Of a stretch of DNA of 64,000 bases, positions 49,783 through 59,762 are shown piece after piece. Each line of letters starts with the position of its first letter. Positions within the stretch are counted from its first letter, which is position 1. The position numbers and the translations under genes are program-made. Source of the stretch: Flavisolibacter sp. (GTDB lineage Bacteria; Bacteroidota; Bacteroidia; Chitinophagales; Chitinophagaceae); NCBI GenBank assembly GCA_035761965.1, contig DASTPZ010000131.1:1925-65924 (forward strand). Reading direction: 5' to 3'. The notes under the pieces are model-generated. The model made no database searches and was not told the origin of the DNA. It worked only from the letters and a program-made list of their open reading frames with translations.

Positions 49783-52065
49783 ATGAAAAAGCAGATCGGA
49801 TTGCTGGCATTTTTCTTTCTTCCTGCATTCCTGCTCAAGGCCCAGGACATTTCTTATCAAACCGTACAGGGTACTGTAGTACACGCCGCAACCGGCGAAG
49901 CAGTACCTATGGCCACAGTAAGCCTTCCCTCGATGGGATTGGCCACCATGACCAATACCTCCGGCAGGTTCAGCCTCAGCATACCGGCTAATGGAAAGGC
50001 CGACAGCATATCCGTGAGCCATATAGGCTTTGAAACGATTAAGCTGCCTTTGAGAACCGACGGCTCTCTGCTCACTGTACGCCTTATTCCTTATACCAAC
50101 TTAATGAGCGAGGTGCTCATCATCAACGAAAGCGCTGTAGAGCTGATAAAAAAAGCGATCGCCAAAATACCCCAGAACTATGCTGCGCAGCCCTTTTTGT
50201 CACAAGGATTTTACCGTCTCACCGCCCGCAAATCGCAACGGTATATCCATATATCTGAAGCCGCATTCGATATACACAGCCGCAGCTATGAACGCAAAAC
50301 AAAAAGCTTCAGGCTGAAAAAGGCGAGGGCCGAAAAAGACGTTGCAGTCTATAATGGTGTGGACAATATCGTGCTTGGGCTGAAGCCATCGGGTGTTTTT
50401 GAGTTCGATATTGTAAGCGATATCGAGGAGTCCGACCTTTTGAGCAGACAGGGATTGAAAGAGCACCAGTTTACGCTAAACGGTATCCGAAGGATTGATG
50501 GCAGCGATGCATACGAGATCGGCTTCGATCAGAAGGATGGCCTGAAGAAGGCCTTGTATAAGGGCGTGATCTACCTGGATGTAAAACGTCTTGCCTTTGT
50601 CAGCCTCCGGTTCTGGATGAGCCCGAAAGGTCTTCCTTATCTCAGGGTGAAGAATGCGGGTCAAAGAGCCCTGATGTCGCTGCTCGATATTCATGTAAAG
50701 CCCATGCAGGATACCACCAGCATTTCTTACCGGTTGTTTGGCCCGAAATACTACCTCAGCCATGTTGGCAATGCGGCGGTGATGAACGTCCATAGCGGCC
50801 GGCACCGGTTCAATTTCATTGCCAACACCCGAATCGACTACCTTACCACAGGCATTGATACTGTGAACACCAGCGGGTTCAGGGATGATGAGCTGATGAA
50901 CGATAACAAGTTCATCGAATTCCAGGCAAGCGGTGAGGACAAGGAATTTTGGAAGGGCTATAATTTAATACCCGCCGATTATGATCCCGATGCCGTTGCA
51001 CAGTCCATACAGCAGCAGAACAAAGAGCTGAACAATAAATCTGTCATCGAGCAAAGCCTGAGAAAATTCAGGGGCAGCGAAACGGAGCAGATCGATTCGA
51101 TTCTTTCGTTTTATCACGGAAAGGGGCTATTCAATGGTACGGCTCTTATTGCATATAAAGGTGAGGTGATTTATAAAAAAGGTTTTGGCTATTCGGATGT
51201 TTCCAAACAGATTCCCAATACGGGCGGCACCGTTTTTCGAATTGGTTCCGTAAGCAAACAGTTTACCGCCCTGCTTATCTTAAAGCTGGCTGCAGAAAAT
51301 AAGCTCAGCCTAAAAGATACCATTGGCCGTTTTCTTCCTGCCTATGCTCACCCGGGGCTTACGATAGAGCAGCTGCTTACTCACCAGTCGGGGCTGCCTA
51401 ATTACACCGACAATGCAGATTACCTGGCCCAGGTGCTTCAAAAATCCTTTTCCCTGGAGGAGCTAGTCAAGAAATTTTGCAGCGACCCCCTCCAGTTCAA
51501 GCCTGGCAGCCGCTTTAGCTATTCCAATTCGGGCTATGTAGTGCTGGCACTCCTCGTAGAGAAACTAAGCGGCAAAAGCTATGCAGTATTCCTGTCGGAG
51601 AACATATTGCTGCCTGCAGGCATGCAACACAGCTTTGCCGGCGAGGCCCCGGCTGCAGACTCGCTGGCCAGGGGCTATGAGAATGGAAGGGAAGAACCCG
51701 GCTACCCGGTGGTGAATACCCTTGGCGCCGGCGGCATCAGCGCTACCGCGGAGGATCTTTTTCGTTGGGAGAGAGCGCTGTCGGCCGGAAAGCTCCTGCC
51801 CTCCCCGGCTGTTGATGAGCTTTTCCGCCCCCGTGCATTTTATGCCGACTGGAATGCTGATTATGGTTATGGCTGGATGACCGACAGGCTGTTGTTCAGT
51901 GTATCGCGGGATCACACGGTTCATTATCATCCCGGCACAGATATAGGCTTTTACAGTATGCTCGCCCGCCAGCCCGATAAGGGAATCGTTGTTGTCCTGC
52001 TCAGCAACCATGGCGATTTTCCCCGCTTCGATATAACGGATCTGGTTTTGAAGGTTATCAACTAG
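49783..52065 (+). CDS. Serine hydrolase (beta-lactamase class C-like) fused to an N-terminal carboxypeptidase-regulatory-like region
   Basis: Signal peptide; VQGTVV..TGEAVPMATV; C-terminal FRIGSVSK (SxxK), LLTHQSG, YSN and HPG motifs. Confidence 0.85.
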   Translation: MKKQIGLLAFFFLPAFLLKAQDISYQTVQGTVVHAATGEAVPMATVSLPSMGLATMTNTSGRFSLSIPANGKADSISVSHIGFETIKLPLRTDGSLLTVRLIPYTNLMSEVLIINESAVELIKKAIAKIPQNYAAQPFLSQGFYRLTARKSQRYIHISEAAFDIHSRSYERKTKSFRLKKARAEKDVAVYNGVDNIVLGLKPSGVFEFDIVSDIEESDLLSRQGLKEHQFTLNGIRRIDGSDAYEIGFDQKDGLKKALYKGVIYLDVKRLAFVSLRFWMSPKGLPYLRVKNAGQRALMSLLDIHVKPMQDTTSISYRLFGPKYYLSHVGNAAVMNVHSGRHRFNFIANTRIDYLTTGIDTVNTSGFRDDELMNDNKFIEFQASGEDKEFWKGYNLIPADYDPDAVAQSIQQQNKELNNKSVIEQSLRKFRGSETEQIDSILSFYHGKGLFNGTALIAYKGEVIYKKGFGYSDVSKQIPNTGGTVFRIGSVSKQFTALLILKLAAENKLSLKDTIGRFLPAYAHPGLTIEQLLTHQSGLPNYTDNADYLAQVLQKSFSLEELVKKFCSDPLQFKPGSRFSYSNSGYVVLALLVEKLSGKSYAVFLSENILLPAGMQHSFAGEAPAADSLARGYENGREEPGYPVVNTLGAGGISATAEDLFRWERALSAGKLLPSPAVDELFRPRAFYADWNADYGYGWMTDRLLFSVSRDHTVHYHPGTDIGFYSMLARQPDKGIVVVLLSNHGDFPRFDITDLVLKVIN

Positions 52066-52137
52066 CTTAAGTTTGAGAGAGCAGCTTAGCTTATCTGGGC
52101 AGGTTCTTTTTGAATTGCAGCAACCAAGAGGACCGGC

Positions 52138-52755
52138 TTAAGGGCTATACGATCCAAATGCACCGGCTCCTTCTCTCAGGATTTCCGGTTCTTCGGCAGT
52201 AAAATCAACAATGGTGGAAGGCACAATGCCACCCGGACCTCCGTCGATCACTACATCCACCAGCTTGCCAAAAAGCTCATGAATGGTCTCGGGATCGGTG
52301 AATTCTTCCACCTGTTCGCCGGGTAATGAAGCGCTGAGTATGGGGTTGCCAAGTTCCTTAACAATGCAGCGGGCGATCTTGTTATCGGGCACCCTTATAC
52401 CGACCGTATCTTTTTTGGTCTTGAGTATTTTGGGCACCTGCCGGCTGGCCTCCAGTATAAAAGTATAGGGTCCCGGCAGGTATTGCTTGAGGGTACGGTA
52501 AACAGGCGTAGGCAACTGACGGGCATACTGACTCAGGTCGCTGAGATCGTAGCATACAAAGGAAAGGTTGGCCTTTTGGGGCAATACCTGTTTGATCTGG
52601 CAGATGCGCTCGACTGCCTTGTGCTGAAAAATATCGCAGCCTAGCCCGTAAATAGTATCGGTGGGATATACTATGATCCCGCCTTTTCGCAGTATTTCGG
52701 TAACCTGCCTCACAAGCCTCTCCTGCGGATCAGCCGGATGGATGCGGATGAGCAT
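52138..52755 (-). CDS. yciO: Sua5/YciO/YrdC family (L-threonylcarbamoyladenylate synthase-like)
   Basis: YPTDTIYGLGC, LPGPYTFIL, VGIRVP, PSTIVD, REGAG. Confidence 0.88.
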   Translation of the reverse strand: MLIRIHPADPQERLVRQVTEILRKGGIIVYPTDTIYGLGCDIFQHKAVERICQIKQVLPQKANLSFVCYDLSDLSQYARQLPTPVYRTLKQYLPGPYTFILEASRQVPKILKTKKDTVGIRVPDNKIARCIVKELGNPILSASLPGEQVEEFTDPETIHELFGKLVDVVIDGGPGGIVPSTIVDFTAEEPEILREGAGAFGSYSP

Positions 52756-52803
52756 AAAGAATTTTTTTCCTGTTTTTAACAGCCGCTTTCAACGAATAAT
52801 TCA

Positions 52804-52832
52804 TTTGTACTGCTGCCTGAAATCTATTTTTG
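52804..52832 (+). promoter_or_regulatory. Bacteroidota -33/-7 promoter
   Basis: TTTG-N17-TATTTTTG upstream of the cupin gene. Confidence 0.5.
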
Positions 52833-52848
52833 CAAAAATCGTTCTCCG

Positions 52849-53736
52849 ATGCAACTGCAAGCTATCCCTGAATTTGAGACAATTGATCCGCAGGTGTTCA
52901 GGAATGAGTTCTACCTGCCGCAGAAGCCCGTTGTCATAAAAGACCTTGCAAAAGACTGGCCTGCCTTTACAAAATGGAACTGGGATTATTTCAAGCAGCT
53001 GGTAGGGCATCAAAAAGTTGCTTTATACAACAATATAAAAAGCGATGCGCATACGCCCATCAATACGGCGGACGATTACAAGACCTTTGGCGACTATATC
53101 GATATGATCAGCCGCGGGCCTGCGGGCTGGCGTATCTTCCTCTTCAACATATTCGACCATGCACCCGAGCTGGTAAAGGATTTTACCTGGCCCGAAGAGC
53201 TGATGAAGGGTTTCGTAAAAAAATATCCCATGCTTTTTGTGGGCGGTGCCAGCTCCATCACACATATGCATTTCGATATCGACCTGTCGAATATAATGCA
53301 TACCCAGTTCGCAGGGCGCAAACGTGTGCTGCTCTTTCCGTTTACAGAACAGCATAAGCTCTACCGCAAGCCCTGGGAGGTTTTGAGCCTGGCCGATTTT
53401 TCAAACTATTATACGGAGCAAAGCAAGCTGGATTACCAGCAATTTCCCGCGCTTAAATATGCAAAAGGTTATGAAGCCGTTCTCGATCATGGCGACACGC
53501 TCTTCATGCCGGCAGGCTACTGGCATCATATGGAATATCTCGACAGTGGTTTTGCCATGAGCCTGCGTGCCCTGCAGCCTGGTATTACAGGCAAGCTAAG
53601 GGGAGCCTGGAATCTTTTTGGTATGCGCGGCATCGATACGGTCATGAAAAAAACAGCGCCCCGCTGGTGGTATGAAAGCAAAAAAAGAAAGCTTTTTGAA
53701 AACGCCGAAAGAGAGATGGAAAGCCTGAGGAGCTGA
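52849..53736 (+). CDS. JmjC/cupin_8 family 2-oxoglutarate Fe(II) dioxygenase
   Basis: KPVVIK..WPA..KW; THMHFD; GRKRVLLF; GDTLFMPAGYWHH. Confidence 0.9.
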   Translation: MQLQAIPEFETIDPQVFRNEFYLPQKPVVIKDLAKDWPAFTKWNWDYFKQLVGHQKVALYNNIKSDAHTPINTADDYKTFGDYIDMISRGPAGWRIFLFNIFDHAPELVKDFTWPEELMKGFVKKYPMLFVGGASSITHMHFDIDLSNIMHTQFAGRKRVLLFPFTEQHKLYRKPWEVLSLADFSNYYTEQSKLDYQQFPALKYAKGYEAVLDHGDTLFMPAGYWHHMEYLDSGFAMSLRALQPGITGKLRGAWNLFGMRGIDTVMKKTAPRWWYESKKRKLFENAEREMESLRS

Positions 53737-53802
53737 AAAAAATCATGTTTCTTTCTCCTTCATTTAACCCCTGTTTTTCTTATCGCTTCTTAATTTCGTG
53801 CC

Positions 53803-54414
53803 ATGCTGCAAGCTTATTTTCAGGATATATTGTTGGAAGCCGGATGCGACGAGGCAGGACGTGGCTGTCTTGCCGGACCTGTTTATGCTGCAGCGGTCAT
53901 CCTGCCGAGGGATTTTTATCATCCCCTGCTCAACGATTCGAAGCAGCTGAGCGAAGAACAGCGTTATGAGCTCAGGCCCTTCATAGAGCAAACAGCCATC
54001 AGCTTTGCCGTAGCCAGCCTTGATAACCGCGAGATCGACAGGATCAATATTTTGAAAGCGTCTTTCCAGGCCATGCACCTTGCCATCAGGCAGCTCAATC
54101 CTTTTCCGGGACTGCTGCTCATCGATGGCAACCGTTTTACTCCATACGAAAATATTCCGCACCAATGCGTGGTGCAAGGCGATGGCATCTATGCTTCCAT
54201 TGCTGCCGCCAGCGTGCTGGCAAAAACCTATCGCGACGACCATATGAAGGAGCTGCACCAGCGCTTTCCCCTGTACAACTGGGCCCGCAACAAGGGATAT
54301 GCAACAAAGGAGCACCAGGAAGCGCTCGATAAACACGGGCCGTGCGAGTTTCATCGCAACTCGTTCAGGCTCAGCTATAATCAATCTGTGCTTCTTGAGC
54401 AGCCAATTATTTAG
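53803..54414 (+). CDS. rnhB: Ribonuclease HII
   Basis: [32 protein letters not shown]. Confidence 0.96.
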   Translation: MLQAYFQDILLEAGCDEAGRGCLAGPVYAAAVILPRDFYHPLLNDSKQLSEEQRYELRPFIEQTAISFAVASLDNREIDRINILKASFQAMHLAIRQLNPFPGLLLIDGNRFTPYENIPHQCVVQGDGIYASIAAASVLAKTYRDDHMKELHQRFPLYNWARNKGYATKEHQEALDKHGPCEFHRNSFRLSYNQSVLLEQPII

Positions 54415-54656
54415 CGGGTTTTCATGCAGCGTTTTGGAGTATGTGCATTGTCTATTGTATATGCTGCTCACCCATCCAGCCAGTCTGAGGCTGTTGGGTT
54501 TAAATGATCTGCCGTAAAAGAATGGTTAAAGGTTAACAAGCATCCGCCCTGTGCGGATGTTTTGTTTAAGCTGGGCGCCGGTTTTAGGCAGCGGCATCAG
54601 TCAGCAATGCAATAGAAATACTGTCCTGATAACCGGTATGAAAGCTCATCTCTTAC

Positions 54657-54664
54657 TACCTTTG
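54657..54664 (+). promoter_or_regulatory. Bacteroidota -7 promoter element
   Basis: TACCTTTG 7 nt before the ctaA ATG, suggesting a near-leaderless mRNA. Confidence 0.5.
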
Positions 54665-54671
54665 CACACCG

Positions 54672-55751
54672 ATGGACAGTGTACAAAATACCAGGTCGTC
54701 GAGGCCTGTTGCCATCTGGATCATGATTGGCGTGGCCATGATCATCATCCAGATCATTCTTGGAGGTATTACAAGGCTTACGGGTTCGGGGCTTTCCATT
54801 ACGGAATGGGACCTTGGGCGAGGCACCCTGCCTCCGCTCAATGAGCAGCAATGGCTGGAAGCTTTTGAAAAATACAAAGGCACCAACCAGTTCAGGCAGC
54901 TAAACTCAGGCTTTACCCTCCCCGATTTCAAATTCATTTTTTTCTGGGAATGGTTTCACCGGCTTTGGGGAAGGCTCATCGGTGTTGTATTTGCTATACC
55001 ATTTATCATCTTCCTGGTGCAGCGCCGCTTCAAGAAGGAAATGGTGTTGCCCCTCATTATTCTTTTCCTGTTAGGTGCATTGCAGGGAGCCGTGGGCTGG
55101 ATCATGGTCGCGAGCGGGCTTACCGGCGATGCGATCTATGTAAGGCCCACGAGGCTTGCCATGCATTTTGTGCTGGCGCTGGTGCTGCTGGTCTATACTT
55201 ATTGGTTTGCCTTGCAGCTGCTCACAGGCAGGCAAAGCTTCGTTGCAAGCAAAGGCCTCAAGCGCTTTACCTGGGTCATTATAGGCCTTCTGTTCGTTCA
55301 GCTTTTCTATGGCGCCCTGATGGCAGGCTATAAGGCTGCATTTTATGCACCTACGTGGCCTTCGATAAACGGGGAGTGGGTTCCCTCCCTCATGAGCGAA
55401 ACACCGGGAAGCGAAGATGGATTGGAAAGAAAGGCCATCATCACCACGCATTTCATTCACCGCGGACTCGCTTACCTGCTGGTGCTGCTCGTACTGGCGT
55501 TGACCATTGCTGCTGCGAGGCAGAAAGGCAGCTCCGCTTTCAGAAAGGCCCGGTGGGCTCCCTTTTTCTTTGTGCTCCTTCAAACTACCCTGGGTATCTT
55601 AACGGTTCTTAGCAGTACCGGCATCAGGGCATATAAATGGAATGAATTCGAATGGATGGCGCAGCTGCACCAGCTGGTGGCCATTTTTCTTCTGCTGTCG
55701 CTTGTGCACCTGGGTTTTCTGCTAAGTTCTCAACGAAAACTTAATTCCTGA
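54672..55751 (+). CDS. ctaA: Heme A synthase (COX15/CtaA)
   Basis: GGITRLTGSGLSITEW, WEWFHR, QGAVGWIMV and HRGLA motifs. Confidence 0.93.
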   Translation: MDSVQNTRSSRPVAIWIMIGVAMIIIQIILGGITRLTGSGLSITEWDLGRGTLPPLNEQQWLEAFEKYKGTNQFRQLNSGFTLPDFKFIFFWEWFHRLWGRLIGVVFAIPFIIFLVQRRFKKEMVLPLIILFLLGALQGAVGWIMVASGLTGDAIYVRPTRLAMHFVLALVLLVYTYWFALQLLTGRQSFVASKGLKRFTWVIIGLLFVQLFYGALMAGYKAAFYAPTWPSINGEWVPSLMSETPGSEDGLERKAIITTHFIHRGLAYLLVLLVLALTIAAARQKGSSAFRKARWAPFFFVLLQTTLGILTVLSSTGIRAYKWNEFEWMAQLHQLVAIFLLLSLVHLGFLLSSQRKLNS

Positions 55752-55795
55752 CGAAGGCTTTCACCGCAGCCGAATTCATAGTACTTTAGACCTGA

Positions 55796-58081
55796 ATGAA
55801 AACACCTGCATCCTTTAAAGACTATTTGCGCGGCGTCGTGTATTCCTTACCCGTGCAATTGCTTTTTCTTCATTTCAGGAAATACCAGGTGCTGCTTGTT
55901 TTCTGGCTCTTCATGTTCAGCGTGGTAAACAGCAGCTTTATGAAGAGCTTTGGGGCCGATGCCCTTTTCCTGGCCCCGGAATACCTTGGCAATACCAACT
56001 CGCTCAGCGCTGCCATCATGGGCATGTCGATCGGTGTGCTGATCATGTGCTGGAATATCACCACCTTTATTCTTTACAGCCGTCATTTCAGCTTTCTTGC
56101 AGCTACTCAGTACCCGTTTCTTAAGTATTGCATCAACAATAGCGTCATACCTCTCAGCTTTCTTGTATTCTACCTCATTAAAGCATACCAGTTCGCGCAT
56201 TACCGCGAGCTTATCAGCAATGTGGAGATCATCTTCCTGACCGTTGGCTTTATGGCCGGCCTGCTGCTGGTGCTCGCAATTTCCTTTTTTTATTTTTTCC
56301 AGGCCGACCGTACGATCTTCAAAAAACTTCAGCCGGCCTTTAACAGCGCCAAGAATGCCATTTCGCAGCTGCAGCCCGAACCTCACCCGGCTTCGATAAA
56401 ATCGCTCATTTATTCGGAGTGGTTCCTCGATTCGTTCTTCCGCATACGCCGCTGCCGCGATGTATCGCACTATTCGGGCGAGATGATGGAAAAGATATTC
56501 AAGCGGCACCACTTTGCTGCCGTGGTGAGCCTGCTGATCGCCTACCTTTTTCTCATACTGATCGGGTTTTTTCTCGATCATAAATTTTTCCAGCTTCCGG
56601 CAGGCGCCAGTATTACCCTTTTGTTTGCTATCCTCATTGGGGTAGTAGGCGCCATCGTTTATTTTTTTCAGAGCTGGAGCGTGCCGGCCTTTATTCTTTT
56701 TGTGGTCCTGCTCAATTTCCTGTACCGCATCAATTGGATAGATCCACGCAATAAGGCCTATGGTCTCAATTATTCAAGCAGCCTTACCCAGCCCGAATAT
56801 TCGCAAAACGCGCTCAAGGCCCTGGCCAATGATGATTCCACCCAAAAAGACAAACGTAATATGGAGGGCATCCTTGGGCGCTGGAAGCAGAAGCAGGACT
56901 CGGACAAACCGCTATTGGTTCTTATCACCACCAGCGGGGGCGGCACCCGGAGCGCCACTTTTACAATGGATGTATTGCAGCGGCTCGACAGCATTACCAA
57001 CGGGCAGATCATGAAAAAGACCTTTCTTTTCACCGGTGCATCGGGTGGTATGATCGGGGCCAGCTATTTCAGGGAGCTATACCGGCAGCAGCAGCAGGGC
57101 GCCGGCATTAATATCCGGTCCAGGGCCTATGTAGATGATATTGCAGACGACCTGCTCAACCCTACCTTCACCTCGTTTATTGCGCGGGATCTTTTTGCAC
57201 CGGAACAGAAATTCGAGGTTGGTCCTTATACCTATCTCCGCGACAGGGGCTATGCCTTTGAATCGGCCCTGAACGACAATACGGGCGGCATCATGAATAA
57301 ACGCCTGAAAGACTATGTGCACGACGAATGGGCTGCCAATATCCCGCTCATGCTATATCATACCGTGATCACCCGGGATGGGAAGATGATGATCATCAGT
57401 ACGCAGCAGCTGCGATTTATGATGCAACCTCCTTCCGACTCGGCCCACCAGCCTCCTCTCACCGATGCCCTGGACTATACCAGCTTTTTTGCCCGCCAGG
57501 ACCCCTATAACCTGCGCATGCTTACCATTCTTCGTATGAACGCTACCTTCCCGATCGTGCTGCCCAATGTATGGCTTCCCTCGCAGCCGGTGATAGATGT
57601 TATGGACGGCGGCCTGAGAGATAATTATGGCGTGGAAAATTCGCTCCGCTTTCTTTCACATATGCAATCCTGGATAGAACAGAATACCAGTGGTGTGCTG
57701 ATCCTGCAGATCCGCGACAGGATGGACGGAGGATGGGAGAACCCATACGAATACGATGACCTGGCAGGCAATGCGGTAAAACCTTTTTTCCTGCTCCAGC
57801 ACAATTGGTATAAAATGATGGAGTATTTCCAGAGCGACATGGTCAGCTATTTCGTTAGTAACAGCGGCTATCCCATTCATAAGATCACCTTCCAGTATAT
57901 TCCAAGCAAGGAAGAAAATAAGGCTGCCCTCAGCTTTCACCTTTCGGAAAGGGAAAAAAGGGATATTGCGGCTTCCCTCGACTCTAAGCATAACCAGGAA
58001 AGCTTTGCAAGGCTGCTCGACCTCCTGCAGATCAGGAAGGATAAATTAGCCGGAAACAATCCTTCAGCAAGCGGATATTGA
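55796..58081 (+). CDS. Multi-TM membrane protein with patatin-like phospholipase domain
   Basis: About eight N-terminal TM segments; SGGGTRS, GASGG and DGG patatin motifs. Confidence 0.82.
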   Translation: MKTPASFKDYLRGVVYSLPVQLLFLHFRKYQVLLVFWLFMFSVVNSSFMKSFGADALFLAPEYLGNTNSLSAAIMGMSIGVLIMCWNITTFILYSRHFSFLAATQYPFLKYCINNSVIPLSFLVFYLIKAYQFAHYRELISNVEIIFLTVGFMAGLLLVLAISFFYFFQADRTIFKKLQPAFNSAKNAISQLQPEPHPASIKSLIYSEWFLDSFFRIRRCRDVSHYSGEMMEKIFKRHHFAAVVSLLIAYLFLILIGFFLDHKFFQLPAGASITLLFAILIGVVGAIVYFFQSWSVPAFILFVVLLNFLYRINWIDPRNKAYGLNYSSSLTQPEYSQNALKALANDDSTQKDKRNMEGILGRWKQKQDSDKPLLVLITTSGGGTRSATFTMDVLQRLDSITNGQIMKKTFLFTGASGGMIGASYFRELYRQQQQGAGINIRSRAYVDDIADDLLNPTFTSFIARDLFAPEQKFEVGPYTYLRDRGYAFESALNDNTGGIMNKRLKDYVHDEWAANIPLMLYHTVITRDGKMMIISTQQLRFMMQPPSDSAHQPPLTDALDYTSFFARQDPYNLRMLTILRMNATFPIVLPNVWLPSQPVIDVMDGGLRDNYGVENSLRFLSHMQSWIEQNTSGVLILQIRDRMDGGWENPYEYDDLAGNAVKPFFLLQHNWYKMMEYFQSDMVSYFVSNSGYPIHKITFQYIPSKEENKAALSFHLSEREKRDIAASLDSKHNQESFARLLDLLQIRKDKLAGNNPSASGY

Positions 58082-58934
58082 CCGCTTCGGCTGTTTCGGC
58101 AGGGTCGCCGTCGATATGCATGGGTGCGGGAAAAGGATTGGATACTTTGAGGCTTTCGGCCTGGAAATAGATCACGCCTGCTTTTTCGTTCAGCACATCC
58201 ACTTCCTGGAGCCTGTTATAGCCACCTACCTGCCTGAGCGCCTGCAGCAGCACACTCAGCTTCGACTGTTTTGTCATTATCACTATATCCAGCAATCCAT
58301 CCGTAAGACTCGCCTTGGGGGCAATGGTAAAATGATTACCGAACTGGTTGCTGTTGGCTATGCTGATGAAATAAGCCTCGGTTTCGATCCGCCTTCCGTT
58401 GACCAGCAGACCGAATGGATAAGCAGGAGCCGAAAAGAAATTAGATATGGTCTTTTTGATATACGTACTCAATCCCCTCCTGGCATCGTTGGCAAAATCG
58501 TGGGCAACCTGGGCATCGAAGCCCAGGCCGCAAAGCATGCAGGCGAACCGCTCATTGATGGTAAAGGCATCTGTGGACCGGCTGGCGCCTTCGAATATGA
58601 TATCGAGTGCTTTGTCCTTGTTCTTTGGCAGACCCGCGCTAAAAGCAAGGCCATTGCCCGACCCGCAAGGGATGATCCCAAATGTTACACCCGTATGCCG
58701 CAGGCTGTTCAGCACCTGGTTGATCGTGCCATCGCCGCCGGCTATGATCACATCTGTAAAACCTTCATCACGAATAAAACCGGCTGCAAAATCATAATCT
58801 CCGCCTGCCACTGTTGGGTAGATAGCATATGCCAGCCCCCGGGCTGCTGTTCGGGACCTGATGGTTTCCTCAAGAGCATGCTTGTTTTTAGCGCCGGAAA
58901 TAGGATTGACAAGGTACAGGAGCTTTCTCTTCAT
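58032..58934 (-). CDS. Diacylglycerol/lipid kinase family protein (YegS/BmrU)
   Basis: NPISG, GGDGT, GSGNGLA, GFDA, HIDGD. Confidence 0.92.
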   Translation of the reverse strand: MKRKLLYLVNPISGAKNKHALEETIRSRTAARGLAYAIYPTVAGGDYDFAAGFIRDEGFTDVIIAGGDGTINQVLNSLRHTGVTFGIIPCGSGNGLAFSAGLPKNKDKALDIIFEGASRSTDAFTINERFACMLCGLGFDAQVAHDFANDARRGLSTYIKKTISNFFSAPAYPFGLLVNGRRIETEAYFISIANSNQFGNHFTIAPKASLTDGLLDIVIMTKQSKLSVLLQALRQVGGYNRLQEVDVLNEKAGVIYFQAESLKVSNPFPAPMHIDGDPAETAEAVNIRLLKDCFRLIYPS

Positions 58935-58947
58935 AACAGGATGCGGC

Positions 58948-59367
58948 TTAGCTTTTAAGCCTTATGGTGCACAAATGTACCCTGCGGACCCTAATAGTGG
59001 CCCTTATTTCGGGATCTATAGGCAGGGCCCAGGTGTAGATCTTCAGCGTGGACGAGCTTTTGAGCAGATCAGAAAGACCTGAGCGGCTGATCCTCAGCTG
59101 CTTTCCCTTTTGCTGGAGCACCTCCCTGTCATTTTCGTCAAAAACCGCCAGGAACCTTTCCCAGCCAGGACCGGTTGTTCTTTCCAGGTATACCAGTGTC
59201 AAAGGCCTGATGCGCCGGTCCGCGTCCAGGACAATTACATTGCGGGCCGTGTCTTCCTGAGCCGTATTCAAAACCTGCGACCAGCCGAGCCTCACCTTCC
59301 AGCTATCCTGCGCCTGCGTTGCTGTGCCCAGGAACACCATCATCATCAACAGATAGATATGCTTCAT
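58948..59367 (-). CDS. Secreted hypothetical protein
   Basis: Signal peptide (TQA-Q); co-oriented with the lipid kinase, 13-bp gap. Confidence 0.75.
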   Translation of the reverse strand: MKHIYLLMMMVFLGTATQAQDSWKVRLGWSQVLNTAQEDTARNVIVLDADRRIRPLTLVYLERTTGPGWERFLAVFDENDREVLQQKGKQLRISRSGLSDLLKSSSTLKIYTWALPIDPEIRATIRVRRVHLCTIRLKS

Positions 59368-59418
59368 ATGTCAAAATTAAATCAAATGCCTCCCGTCAAC
59401 TGTTTGTAAATTGCCAAA

Positions 59419-59643
59419 GTGGACCAGCAAACAGGAAAATATATCGTGATCTTCGGCCTCCTGGTGGTAGTGACGGGACTGCTGATCTATTTTTTTCACG
59501 ACAAGCTGCACTGGATAGGCCGCCTTCCGGGCGATATCCGGATCGAAAAAGAGAACAGCCGGTTCTATTTCCCTATAACTACTATGATCCTCTTTAGTTT
59601 AGTGCTGAGCCTGCTGCTCCGCCTCATCAAAAAGTTTTTGTAA
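59419..59643 (+). CDS. DUF2905 family small membrane protein
   Basis: GRLPGDIRIEKEN..FYFPITT between two TM helices; GTG start. Confidence 0.88.
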   Translation: MDQQTGKYIVIFGLLVVVTGLLIYFFHDKLHWIGRLPGDIRIEKENSRFYFPITTMILFSLVLSLLLRLIKKFL

Positions 59644-59762
59644 AGTCCCCATTTCGCTGGGATGCCCGAGGGATTTGATGTACCTTCGCGCCTCCAAATA
59701 AACGGCTTGTACCCATTGCTGACAGTGATCAGCTCTAGGCCATCAGGCACCAGCTAATTACT

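Noticed and set aside
58116-58958. 280-aa plus-strand ORF opposite the lipid kinase
   Set aside because: Antisense shadow of a well-supported gene
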